Source of the DNA: Parvularia atlantis | Lineage: Eukaryota | Length of the DNA stretch: 47,944 bases | NCBI GenBank assembly: GCA_943704415.1 | Contig: CALSCO010001544.1 | Location: 1 to 47,944, forward strand | Reading direction: 5' to 3' | In this document: positions 24,549 to 41,265 of the stretch, in pieces | Numbering within the stretch: the first letter of the stretch is position 1 | How the letters are laid out: each line of letters begins with the position of its first letter | The notes under the pieces: model-generated | What the model was told of the DNA's origin: nothing | What the model saw: the letters and a program-made list of their open reading frames with translations, nothing else | Databases searched by the model: none | Translations under genes and position numbers: made by a program

Positions 24549-25513
24549 TCACTTGCGGCCCGCCCCTCGCTTGCCCGCGCGTGCACCACCGCCGCGTGCG
24601 CCATTACCGCGTGCGCCTCCGCCGCGCCCGCCGCCGCGCCCACCACGTCCGCCACGTGCACCACCTCGCCCGCCTCGTCCGCCTCGTCCGCCGCCCCGCC
24701 CGCCGCGTCCACCGCGTGCGCCGCCAAAGGACGGCAGCAGCTTGCGGATCTCTGCGTTGCTCCTGGCGCGCGGGCGAAGGCGGTCGGTCAGTGCCGCCTG
24801 CGCTCGCTCGCACGTCGGAGCTGCGCACTTCTTGACGTCGACGAGCGCTGCGCCGTTGCGGAAGCTGTCGCCCGGCGTGAAGGCTGGGCCGGCCGCGGGC
24901 GTGCCCTTGGCGCGCTCCTTGTCGCTCTTGGGCTTGACGTACGTGCCCTGCTCTTGTTGCTGCGCGCGTTGTGTAAGCGCCGTCGTCGCAGCTCGCGTGG
25001 GCTCGTGTGCGCACCCGGATGCGCGTCATCTTCGTCTCAAACTGGCGCTTGCGGTGCATGCCCTGCAGGATCGGCAGCGGGATCTTGTTGCGCTTGGGCG
25101 GCTGGCGAGCGAGCGGTCAGCCGACAGCACGTGTCCGCCATCTCGCGCGCGCACGATCGCGCCGAGCGCCACGCGCTGCTGCAGCTCGTGCTTCTTGCGC
25201 GCCTTGCCCTCGAGGCTGGATGTGGCTGCACGCGGGTGGCGCACACATCAGCCACGCGCGCCGTGCCAGGGCCACCCGCACCGAACGCCTCGACCTCGGC
25301 CAGCATCGCCGCGGTCACCGCTATGGACCTCGTCGCGGCCGTCCGCGGCGACGTCGCATCGGCCGCGGCCTTGCGCGCCTGCGGCGGCCCGCTGCGCGCC
25401 CGATGCCCGGCCGTGGGGTCTGCGCGCGCGTGTTCAGCCGCTTGGCATGGCGTGGCGGGTGCGCGCTGACCCTTGAAGACGACGACCTGAGGCGGCGGTC
25501 GCGTGGACGGCAT
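24549..25513 (-). CDS. DUF4602/Faf1/C1orf131-like small-subunit assembly factor with C-terminal RGG tail, multi-exon
   Basis: PQVVVF, EVEAF..SSLEGKARKKHELQQRVALGAI-PPKRNKIPLPILQGM, FRNG, long RGG/GRG tail ending GRK-stop. Confidence 0.65.
24575..24725 (-). repeat. Low-complexity coding repeat (RGG box)
   Basis: Degenerate CCGCC/CCACC units on the plus strand translate to [13 protein letters not shown]... on the minus strand. Confidence 0.8.
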
Positions 25514-25524
25514 TTGTCGGGCCG

Positions 25525-26898
25525 ATGCGTGCGACAGTGAAACGACTGGCCGAGCTGCCGGCCGGCGCACCGGTGCCGGTGGCCGACGTGCGTGCAGCCA
25601 TGGAGGAGATCCTGACGGGGCGGGCGACGGATGCGCAGGCGCGTGCCGGAGGCGCGCTGTGCCGCCGGCGCGGGCACCAACGCGCGCGCACACGCAGACG
25701 GCCGCGTTCGCGACGATCCTGCGCGCGCGCGGCGAGACGCCCGAGATCGTCGCGGCGTGCTGCGAGGCGCTGCAGCGGCACGCCCTAGCCTGCGACGTGC
25801 GCGATGCCGTCGACATCGTTGGCACGGGCGGCGACGGTCTGGACACGTTCAACGTGTCGACCTGCGCGGGCGTGGTCGCGGCGGCATGCGGCCTGCGCGT
25901 CGTCAAGGTGCGGTCTGCCGCGCACCCGAGGCCGACCGATGCCAACGCCGCCGCCCTGCGCGCAGCATGGCAACCGCGCCGCCAGCTCACTCTGCGGCAG
26001 CGCCGACGTGCTCGAGGCCCTCGGCGCCAAGATGAACATCACGCCGCCGGACGTGTCGCACATCGTCGACGCGTGCGGCTTCTGGTGCGCGGTGCGTGGG
26101 CCGGCAACGGCCTGCTCACGCCCGGCCGCGCAGCTTTGTCTTTGCGCAGCGCTTCCAGCCGGCGCTGCGGCACGCCGCGCGTGTGCGCCGCGAGATCGGC
26201 TTCCGCACTGTGTTTAACATCCTTGGGCCGCTGTCCAACCCGGCGCAGCCGCGCGCGATCCTCGCGGGCGTGTACTCGGAGCAGCTCGGGCAGCTCGTCG
26301 CCGAGACGTTCCAGCTGCAGGGTATGCGGCGCGCGATCGTCGTGTGCGGCCACGACGGGCTTGACGAGGTGTGCGCGCTGCTGCTGTAGTAGTCTTGCTC
26401 TGCTCATGCCCGCGTGCGCACTCGTGCGCAGATCAGTCCGTACGGCGCGACGACGGTGCGCCCTGCGCGACGCCACGCCGCTCGCAGCGCTGCTGACGGC
26501 GGCGCGGCGCAGGTGTGGTCGCTGCAGGACGGCAGCATCGCGCGCTCGACCGTCCACCCGACCGACTTTGGCCTACCCGTGCACACGCTTGAGGCCGTCA
26601 AGGGCGGCGACCCCGCGTTCAACAGCACCGTCTTCCGCGCCGTGCTGGCCGACAAGCCCGGGCCGTACCGCGACTGGGTGAGCGGGGCGGGCGCGCGCGG
26701 CCAAGGCTTCACGTGCGCCGGGCGCAGGTCGTGCTCAACGCGGGCGCGCTGCTGTTTGTGGCCGGCGCCGCGGCGACGATCGTGGAGGGCGTCGCGCAGG
26801 CACGCGCGGCGCTGGCGAGCGGAAAGGCGCGCGGCGTGCTCGAGCAGTACGTGCGCCTGTCGAGCGAGGCCGCGAGCATCACGGGCGGTCTCGAGTGA
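25525..26898 (+). CDS. trpD: Anthranilate phosphoribosyltransferase, multi-exon
   Basis: VDIVGTGGDGLDTFNVST, KHGNRAASSLCGSADVLEALG, RREIGFRTVFNILGPLSNP, GLDEISP, GGDPAFN, VVLNAGA. Confidence 0.96.
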
Positions 26899-26910
26899 TG
26901 TACACGCGTG

Positions 26911-27422
26911 CTAGCTGGCAGATGGCCTCGCTGGCGGCCGCTTGGTGACGGTGATGTGCACGGCCGAGTTGAGCCGCTCCTGGGCTGACGGCGTCTCGTC
27001 CTGCTCGCGCGGCGTGAGCGGCCGCACTCACTCGCACAACCGCGCGCGAGCCGCACCGGGTCCTGCGGGTCGAGGTCGTCAACGAGCGCGACGGTCGACG
27101 TGGTCGTGCTCAGCTCGAGCGCGCCAAGCGAGTCGCGCTGCAGCTTGAGGGCGAGCTCGATGGCCTTGGTCATGGCCGCGCCGAGGCCGTGGATGACGAC
27201 GCGCGGGCTGCATCCGCATCGCCCGTCAGCGCTCAGATTGCGCGCGGGGGCGCATCCACCGCGCGCGCACCGGTCGCTCGCCAGCAGCTGCTCGGCCCGA
27301 CGGTACTGCGCCATGAAGTTGCTGCGGCTGGCCACGTAGACGTCGTGCTCGAGCGTCGGCAGGCGCTGCGGCACGCGCTTGCGCACAGCGACCGGTGCAT
27401 CATCATCGGCGGCGCGCTTCAT
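26911..27422 (-). CDS. POP7: RNase P/MRP subunit Rpp20/Pop7 (Alba fold), multi-exon
   Basis: RKRVPQRLP..HDVYV..SNFMAQ, IHGLGAAMTKAIELAL, TSTVALVDDL, RLNSAVHI. Confidence 0.9.
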
Positions 27423-27514
27423 GCGTACGCAATCCGATGTCCTTCCGACTGTACTCTCGCCAGGCCGGGGGCACGGTGTTTCGATCTTGAGGGTAGGCCT
27501 AGCACGTGGTGACA

Positions 27515-29156
27515 ATGCTGGTGCCGGTGACCGCCTGCTCTGCGCCCGCCTCGCTCACCCCGCCCGCCTGCCCGCCCCGCAGACCGCCACGCGCCGCCTG
27601 TCGACCGCTACGGTGCGCGGCCTGCTCTCCCCTCTCGCAGGTGGCGGTGACCGCGCGACGTGCAGCGCGGCGTCACGCTCATCCCCGGCGACGGCATCGG
27701 CCCCGAGATCTCGGCCGCCGTGCGCCGCGTGTACGAGGGCGCGCACGTGCCGATCCACTGGGAGGTGCGCGCGCAAGCACGGCCGTGGCGGCGGCTCACG
27801 ACCGCGCGCGCGCGCAGGAGGTCGATGTGACGCCCAAGCGCGACGTTTCCGGCCGCATGATCCTGCCCGCGGAGCTCTATGAGTCGATGAACCGCACGCG
27901 CGTGGGCCTGAAGGGTGCGCTGCCGCCGGCGCCGCGCCGCCATCTCCGGGATGCTGCTGATGCGCCGTCGCCAGGCCCGCTGGCCACGCCCGTTGGTAAG
28001 GGCCACGTCTCGCTCAACCTCACGTTGCGGCGGCACGTGTGACCGCGACGCTCACTACCGCTAGCTCACACGCGCGCGCACGCACGCTCGCACCGCAGAG
28101 CGTTCAACCTCTACGCCAACGTGCGCCCGTGCAAGAGCATCGAGGGCTACAAGACGCTGTACGACAAGGTCGACTCGGTCATCATCCGCGAGAACACCGA
28201 GGGCGAGTACAGCGGCATCGAGCACGAGGCACGGCCGCCGGGCGCACCCACACGCGCGCGCACCCACACGCGCGCACATGCACGCAGCTGACGCGCCGTG
28301 CAGGTCACCAAGGGCGTCGTGCAATCGATCAAGGTCATCACGCGCGAGGCCTCGCGCCGCGTCGCCGACTACGCGTTCCAGTACGCGGTCGACAACAATC
28401 GCAAGCGCGTCACCTGCGTGCACAAGGCTAACATCATGTGCGCCGCGAGCGCGCCGCCTCGCCGCGTCTGCCGACCGCGCGTGCCGGCCCCACGCGCGCA
28501 GGAGGAAATCGGATGGCCTCTTCCTCGAGCAGTGCCACGAGGCCGCCAAGAATTACCCACAGATCCAGTTTGACGATGTGCTACTCGACCGCGCGTGCCT
28601 CAACGTGCGACGCCGCGCTCGCTCTCACGCAGGCGCCGCCGAGCTGACGCGCGCGCGCCCTGCCAGTCGGTCATCGACCCGACGCAGTTTGACGTGCTCG
28701 TCATGCCCAACCTCTACGGCGACATCCTCTCGGACATGTTCTCGGGCTTCATCGGCGGGCTGGGCCTGACGCCCTCGGGCAACCAGGGCTCGGACGGCGC
28801 CATCTTTGAGGCGGTGCGCGTTCCCGACCGCCGCAGCCTCGCGCGCCCAACCCTGCGCGTGCCGCAGGTGCACGGCACCGCGCCCGACATCGCCGGCCAG
28901 GACAAGGCCAACCCGACGGCGCTGCTGATGTCGAGCGTGATGATGCTGCGGTACATGAAGCTGAACGAGCACGCCGACCGGATCGAGAAGGTGCGCGTGA
29001 GAGGGCGCGCAAGAGCACTGCCGCTGCTGATGCGCAACCCCACCCGGCCAGGCCGCGCTCAAGACCATCTCGCAGCGCAAGGTGCTCACGGGCGACCTCG
29101 GCGGCAAGGCCAAATGCTCCGAGTATGCTCAGGCGATCGTCGACAACCTTGAGTGA
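27515..29156 (+). CDS. IDH3A: Mitochondrial NAD-dependent isocitrate dehydrogenase, catalytic (alpha-type) subunit, multi-exon
   Basis: Short presequence [90 protein letters not shown]. Confidence 0.95.
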
Positions 29157-29183
29157 GCACGTGGTGTCTCCTGCGATACTGCA

Positions 29184-30129
29184 CTACAACACAGTCGCCG
29201 CGGCCGCGTCGCCCGCCAGCAGGCCGAGCGCACGCAGCCGGTGGAGCGCCATCAGTGCCGTCTGCACGCTCGGCAGCATCACCCGCCCGGCCAGGACGAG
29301 CTCGCGCAGCTCGGCCACGGTCACTTCGCGCTCCTCCATGAACAGCTCTGCGCGCCAATGGGTGGGCTGAAAAGCGCGCGAAGGGGGGCCGCAGACAGCG
29401 CACCGTCAGCGTCGCGCTCCGCCAGCTGCGCCGTGTCCTTCTGCGGGTCGATGCAGAGCCACGGGGAGAACTTGTTGGTGCTCCACTTGAGCTGCGTGCG
29501 CGCTTTAGCGATCGACCACACCCGCACGCGGGGTTCGCCCTACCTCGCTCACGCCCGTGTGACCGTCCGGCAGCAGCGGCTCCCAGTGGCCACCCGACAG
29601 CCGCGCCTCCTCGGCCAGCTCGCACCGGGCGGCGTCGAGCACACTGCCGCACGCGCACGAACGTGTCAGCTGCCACACGCACGAGCACAAGCACCCACAC
29701 AGCAACCTGCTGTGCGCCTGCCGCTCGTACTGGCCCGCGGCGAGCGTGTACATCTTGTGCGCGCGCGCACGGGGTCACGCACACGCCGCTTGCCCGACCC
29801 GCGCGACGACGCACAAACTCATTGGGGCCCTGGGCGTACTCGCGCACGAGCGTGGTCGTGCCCTGGGCAGCCCGTCAGCCGGCGGCGCACACCACACGGG
29901 GCGAGGCAGCGCACCCGCGCCGTGCTGAACGGGAAGACGACGACGAAGACCGGGTTCGGCTGCATGTGCCCGACCACGTCCCAGTCGACATCGCGCCCGT
30001 CCGGGAAGCGCACGGTGCGGCTCCACAGTGCCAGGTAGCGCTTGTGCAGGCGCGTCTCGGCCACGACTGGCACTGCGCGAGGCGGCGCGATCAGGCGTGA
30101 AGATCGTGACAGACCGACGCCACACACAT
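29184..30129 (-). CDS. Nudix hydrolase, multi-exon (start at 30129 or 30155)
   Basis: RTVRFPDGRDVDWDVVGH, LVREYAQG, Nudix box AGQYE...DAARCELAEEARL. Confidence 0.8.
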
Positions 30130-30153
30130 TGACTCGAGCTCGCGCTGGTCTGC

Positions 30154-31514
30154 ATGTCCGCGAACTTCTGGAGCAGCAGTCACTGGCAAGCGCGCGGCAG
30201 CCGCAGGCGCACTTTGCCCGCTGACCGATGTGCACGCCCATGCGTGCGCGCGCGCCGCAGCAACCACTGGCTGCTGAGCCGACAGCGCGTCGCGCTCGCG
30301 CAGCAGGACGACACTCAGATTGTGACGCCTCAGGAGCTGCGGCTGCTGCGGCTGCACTTTATCACTGGTGCGCGCTGCTCCTCGCTTCTTGCGCCGCACG
30401 CCGCCTCATGCGCTGCGTCGCTCCCAGTGATCCAAAAGGCCGCGAGCATCCTGCAGCTGCGGCAGCAGGTACTCGCGACGGCCATCGTCTACTTCCGCCG
30501 CTTCTACGTCAAGTGCGCGGCACCGACGCGCGCCGCACCCGCCTCATGCGCCCGCGGCGGCAGCAACTCGTTCCGCGTGTGCGACCCCATCCTCGTCGGG
30601 CCGACGTGCATCTACCTCGCGTGCAAGGTCGAGGAGTGCTCCGTGATCCAGGCCAATGCGATGATCGACAAGTTCAAGCAGAACTGTGCGCGCGGCCGCC
30701 CCGCCGAGGGGTACTGCCTCATGTGCGGCCGCCGCAGCCAACGACACCCCGTTCAAGCGGTACCCGTACAACGCCGAGGCGATCCTCGAGTGCGAGTACT
30801 ACCTGCTGGAGGAGCTCGACTGCTACCTGATCGTGTACCACCCGTACAGGCCGCTGACGCAGTGCGCCCGGGCACTGCCCCGCGTTCCCGCGTGCGTGCT
30901 CACCCGGCCCGTGCGTGCAGGTACATGAGCGACCTCAAGCTGGAGGCGCACCTGCAGACAGCCTGGAACATCGTCAACGACAGCTACCACACCGACGTCT
31001 GCCTGCTCTACCCGCCGCACATGACCGCGCTGGCCGCGATGTACATGGCCGTGCTGCTCTCGGACGATGCGAGCGGGCCGCTGACGTCCTCGGCCGCCGA
31101 CGTCGCAGCGGCCGCGGCGGGCGCCCCTGCAGGCGCCCCGGCAGGCGACGCGGCGGGGACGATGTGCGCCTTCGACTGCGCCACGCGCGGACGCTCACAC
31201 GCGCGCGCAGGACGGCGGCAGGGGTGGTCAGTGCGTTTACGAGCGACGCCGGCAAGACGTCGCGCACGGCCGAGCTTCGGCGGTGGTTCTCGGAGCTCAA
31301 CGTGGACATGGACGAGGTGCGCGCGCGCCATCGGCCCTGCCCCCGCGCCAGCCTCACACGCGCACCGGCCCAGATTGTCGAGATCACCCAGCAACTGCTC
31401 GACTTCTACGCTTTCTACGCGTTCCAGGCCGGCAACCCCGACTGCGGCACGCTGCTCGAGGTCGTGCAGCGCGTGCGTGGGCCGCAGATCCAGGGAGCGG
31501 GCATGCCTGGGTGA
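30154..31514 (+). CDS. CCNC: Cyclin C (Mediator kinase module), multi-exon
   Basis: MSANFWSSSH, LRQQVLATAIVYFRRFY, TCIYLACKVEE, ILECEYYLLEELDCYLIVYHPYRPL, AWNIVNDSY.TD.CLLYPPHM, WFSELNVDM. Confidence 0.96.
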
Positions 31515-31549
31515 CGCTGTGTAGCGGAAGATTTTGCCGATCACGTGCG

Positions 31550-34510
31550 ATGAGTGCCGAGGCGGAGCGTGTCGCGGCCGCGATCCACGCTGGTGCGCCG
31601 CGCGGCACAAGTGCAGCACCAGCGCATGACACCGCGCGCCGCGCGCACGGCAGAGGCGGTCGATCCGCGCGACGACATCAAGCGCGAGCGCACGCGCGCC
31701 ACGTTCGCCGCGGGTGAGCTCGCCCAGTACCTGCACGGCGGCAAAGAGGGCCTCGCACGCCGCAAGCTCATCACCGACGCGCTCGTCGCGTGCGTGTGCG
31801 CGGCGCGGCGGGAGGGGCCGTGCGGCTGACGGCACGCCGCTGCCGCCAGCGACCCGCGCTTCCGCCGCGACGACCTGTGCTTCCTGTCGCGCACGGAGCA
31901 GCACCGTCGCGCCATGTGCGTCGTCTTCCAGCCTGCCTCGGCCACCACACTGACGCCGCGCGCGCGTGCACAGGAGCATGGCGCTCGCCCTGCCGCCGCT
32001 AATGGACAAGCTCAAGCTGTCGGGCGAGGAGGAGCGCTTCCTGTCCAACTCAGTCGACACGGCGCTGCCGACCAACCTGCACGTGTCCATGTTCGTCAAC
32101 ACGATCGAGGGGCAGGCCACGGACGAGCAGAAGGCCTACTGGCTGCCCAAGATCCACAACTACGAGGTGCGCCTCCGTCCGCACGCACGTCGGCAGGCAC
32201 ACTTTCGCGGGCCGAACACCGCGCGGCGCAGATCATCGGCACGTACGCCCAGACCGAGCTCGGCCACGGCACATACATTCGCGGCCTCGAGACCTTCGCC
32301 GTCTACGACAAGGCCCGCCAGGAGTTTGTGTTCCACACGCCGACCGACTCGGGCATCAAGTGGTGGCCGGGGTGCGCGCGCATGCGCTTGCACCCGCCTC
32401 GACAGGTCGCTGACGCCCCGTGCGCCGTAGCGGCCTCGGCAAGACGTCGACGCACTGCATCCTCATGGCGCGCCTCGTGCTCGAGGGCAAGGACCTCGGC
32501 CCGCACGCGTTCGTGATCCAGCTGCGCGACCTCAAGACGCACCTGCCGCTGCCGGGCGTCGAGCTGGGCGACATCGGCCCGAAGCTGGGCTGTGCGTGCT
32601 GGTCCGACGCTCGGTGAGTGCGCTCACACGCACGCCCTCGCCCACAGATGTCACCATCGATAACGGCTATCTCCGTCTGAGTGCGTGCCCTCCTGCACGC
32701 CGTCGCGCGCACCGCCTGACACCGCCGACCAGCCAACTACCGCGCGCCGCGCAACGTCATGCTCATGCGCTTCGCCAGCATCACCCCAGACGGCAAATAC
32801 TCGAGCCCGCCCGTGGCCAAGGCCAGCTATGCGACTATGGTCTTCATCCGGTGCGCCGCCGTCGCGCTCGCAGCGGGCGCAGCGGCCAAAAAAACACGCG
32901 GCGGCACAGCGCGCACATCGTCATTGACGCCGGCCTGTACCTGGGCAAGGCCGTCACGATCGCCACGCGCTACTCGGCCGTGCGCCGCCAGGGCGAGAAG
33001 GTTGGCCCGCACGAGACGCAGGTGCTCGACTTCCAGACGCAGCAGTGGCTGCTCTTCCCGCTCCTGGCCACGGCGCACGCGCTGCTGTTCACCGGCCGCT
33101 ACATGAAGAAGATCTACTACGACTTTATCGCGGCACGCGACACCAAGGTGCGCCTGCGGAGCGCGGGACGGGACCGCACGGCGCGCGACTGACGCGACGC
33201 GACGGTGCGCAGGGCGACTTCTCGTCCCTGCCGGAGCTGCACGCGACCTCGGCCGGGCTCAAGTCGCTGTGCACGTACCTGACGGCCGACGGCATCGAGG
33301 TCTGCCGCAAGGCTTGCGGCGGCCATGGGTGCGCCCGCGCGGTGTACACCGCGCGGGCTGCTCACGTGCACGCTCAGCTACCACGCCTTCTCGGGCTTCC
33401 CGCAGCTCGAGAACGACTACGTGCCGAACGCAACGTACGAGGGCGAGAACGTGGTTATGGGTGCGTGCGGCGGGCCCATCGTCGGCCGCGCGTGCTCACG
33501 GTCGCGACCCGCAGCCTTGCAGACGGCGCGCTACCTCGCCAAGGCCGCGCTCGACGCCGCCAAGGGCAAGGCGCCTGAGGGCAACGCGCACTACCTCGCC
33601 AGCCTCGGCCGGCTCGCGAGTGAGCGCTGGGAGGTGCGCCAGGCTGCCCGCTGCCGCGCTCAAGGGCTAAACACCGCGGCGGCAGGTGCGCGAGCAGGCC
33701 GACGTGCTCTCCGGCGACAAAATCGTGGCGGCCTTTGCGCACCGCGCGGCCCGCCTCGTCGCCGTCGCCACGCAGCAAATCGGCGAGCACATGAAGGTTC
33801 GCGCGGCCGTCGGTCGTGGCACCGCGCTCAGACGCGTGTGCGCTGGCGCCGTGCAGAAGGGCGAGGACTTCAAGGCTGCGTTCGAGCACCACACGGTCGA
33901 CCTGCTGCTGGCGAGCAAGGCGCACTGCGCGTACATCCTCGTCAGGAACTTTGTGCAGGTGCGTCGCCGGCAGGCGTGCAGCGGTGTGCGGTTCTGACGC
34001 TGCGGGCGGGCGCAAGGGCGTGGCAGCGCTGCCGGCCAACGCGAGCTTCACACCGGTGCTGCGCACGCTGTGTGCGCTTTTTGGCCTGTTTGAGATGGAG
34101 AAGGTGCCGTAACATGCCGGCGCCTCGTTGCTCTGCGCTCATCCTGCGTTGCGCAGGCCATGGGCGACTTCCTTGAGGACGGCTACGTCTCGGCACGCCA
34201 GGCCGCGTTGGTGCGCGCCCAGAGCCGCGCGCTGCTCGCCGTCGTCCGGTGGCGTTGCCGGGGCACGCGCTTGGTGTGCCGGTGGCTGACACGCAAGCGC
34301 AGCCCGAACGCCGTCGCGCTCGTGGACGCGTTTGACTTCTCCGACTACTCGCTCAATTCGTCGCTCGGCCGCTACGACGGCGACGTCTACCGCGACATGT
34401 ACCGCCGCGCGCAGCTCGAGCCGCTCAACGCGACGCCCGAGGGCCCGGCCTGGGACATCCTCAAGACGGTTGTGCCGCACGGCTACAGCAAGATGCCCTC
34501 AAAACTGTGA
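31550..34510 (+). CDS. ACOX1: Peroxisomal acyl-CoA oxidase with PTS1 (SKL), multi-exon
   Basis: [83 protein letters not shown]-terminal SKL-stop. Confidence 0.96.
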
Positions 34511-34590
34511 GCGGCCGGCCGGGGCGGTGTGTCCATCGTCATAGCGTTCCATCCCCATCAACTTTTTGGCGCGGACGCGGCCGCCCGCCC

Positions 34591-39552
<4,962 letters not shown>

Positions 39553-39670
39553 CGACAATCGACCGGCGGAATGTGTGCAACCGTGTCCTCTTCGCGAGCC
39601 GGCGGCGTGGTGTTGCAAGGCGCGCGCGCTCGTGCGCACCGGCGCTTGGGCTGCGTGCGCTGGCTGACCG

Positions 39671-41227
39671 ATGGGGCGCGTGCGTACGGGCTCGCGCACA
39701 GGGACGTGCGGCTGGAGCGATCCGACGCTGCTGCAGTGCGGGCGCTTCTACCCGTCCAGCGCCAAAACGACCGAGGACCGCCTGAGGCACTACGCGCTAC
39801 ACATGCCGTGCGTCGAGGTGGTGCGTCGCCCGCACCGCCCGTCCCATCCCGTCCGCGCGCTCGCCACGCTGCGATGCACATGCGCGCACGCCGTCGCACC
39901 GCACGCTGTCCCTCACGCGCGGTGGCGCTACCCTGCAGGACACGTCGCACTACGCCATCCCCGCCGACGACACGGTCGCGCGCTGGGTCAAGGCGACACC
40001 GACCGGGTTCACTTTCCACTTCAAGATCTTCCAGTTGTTCTCGAGCATGTCGGCGCCGTTTGGCGCGCTGCCCAGGGCCGTGCGCGAGCACCTGGATCTG
40101 CGCGACCAGAACCAGGTTGTGCGCTACGCCGAGGTGCCGACCGAGCTGCGCGCGCAGATCTGGCAGCGCATCAACCAGCAGCTGCGGGCCGTGCACAGCG
40201 CGGGCAAGCTCGGTGCGCGGCGCAGAGGGCTCGCCCTCTTGCGCGTGCGCGTGCGCGCGGCTGATCGTAACGTCGCGCAGGCGTCGTCATGTTCCAGTTC
40301 CAGAACGGGTACAAGCCGACCAAGGACAACATGGAGTACCTGCGGCACACCCGCAGCATGCTCGACGCCGACTTTCGCATGGTGTACATCCCCGTGGCCG
40401 CGGCCGTGGTCCGCAAACTCACATGCGCGCCGCGCCTGTCCAGGCGATCGAGTTCCGCGACCGCGCGTGGACCTCGCCCGAGCACCTCGACACGACCGTC
40501 GCGCTGCTGGCAGACCTGTCGGTGACGATCGTGGCCGTGGACGAGCTCGAGCATGAGCTGTACAACCGCGACACGCTGGTGCGCTGCCGCGCGTGCGCCT
40601 CGCGGCACCTGCTGAGCCTACCCGCGCTGCACTGCAGAGCGAGCCACGTGTGATGCCGATCAACTTGTACCTGCCACACGAGCACTTCTTCTACGTGCGC
40701 GTGCACCGGCGCGAGGGCACCAAGCGCTTGCTGTCGGACGAGCAGATTGCGCAGTGGGCGCAGCGGCTGCGCGGCCTGCGCGACAAGTTGAGCGGTCCGA
40801 TCTACTTCATGTGGGGTGCGTACAGTGCGTGGCACGCCGCGGCGAGCGCGCCTGACAGGGCGTGCCAGGCACGGACCACGAGGACCAGCCGATCAAGAAC
40901 ATGGCCAACCTGGCGCGCGCGCTCGAGGGGCAGGCGCTCGACTGGCGCAAGGAGGTCACGGGGCGCAAGGGCGCGCTCGGCGCGATGTTTGCGGCCGTCT
41001 CGGCTCAGCACGCGCGCGACGGCGCGGTGTCCGCAGGCGACGGCGACGGCGATGCGAGCGATGCGGCACCAGCGGCACCAGCGGCACCGATGTCGTCGCC
41101 GCCGTCGACCAAGCACGCCGCGCCCGCACCGGCCCAGTCGCCCTCGCCCGCCAAGCGCGCCAAGCCCGCCACGCCCGCACCCGCACCCGGCGCCGGCATT
41201 GAGCGCTTCTTCGTCAAGCGCGCCTAA
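39671..41227 (+). CDS. DUF72 (YecE-like TIM-barrel) protein, multi-exon; exact start uncertain (39571-39671)
   Basis: GTCGWSD, FYP, RLRHYA..CVEVDTSHYAIP, W..ATPTGFTFHFK, GKLGVVMFQF, AIEFRDRAW, VAVDE, YVRVHRREG: the DUF72 motif order. Confidence 0.85.
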
Positions 41228-41265
41228 ACACAGATAAGTTATGAAAAGTAACTAGCCATACCCCA

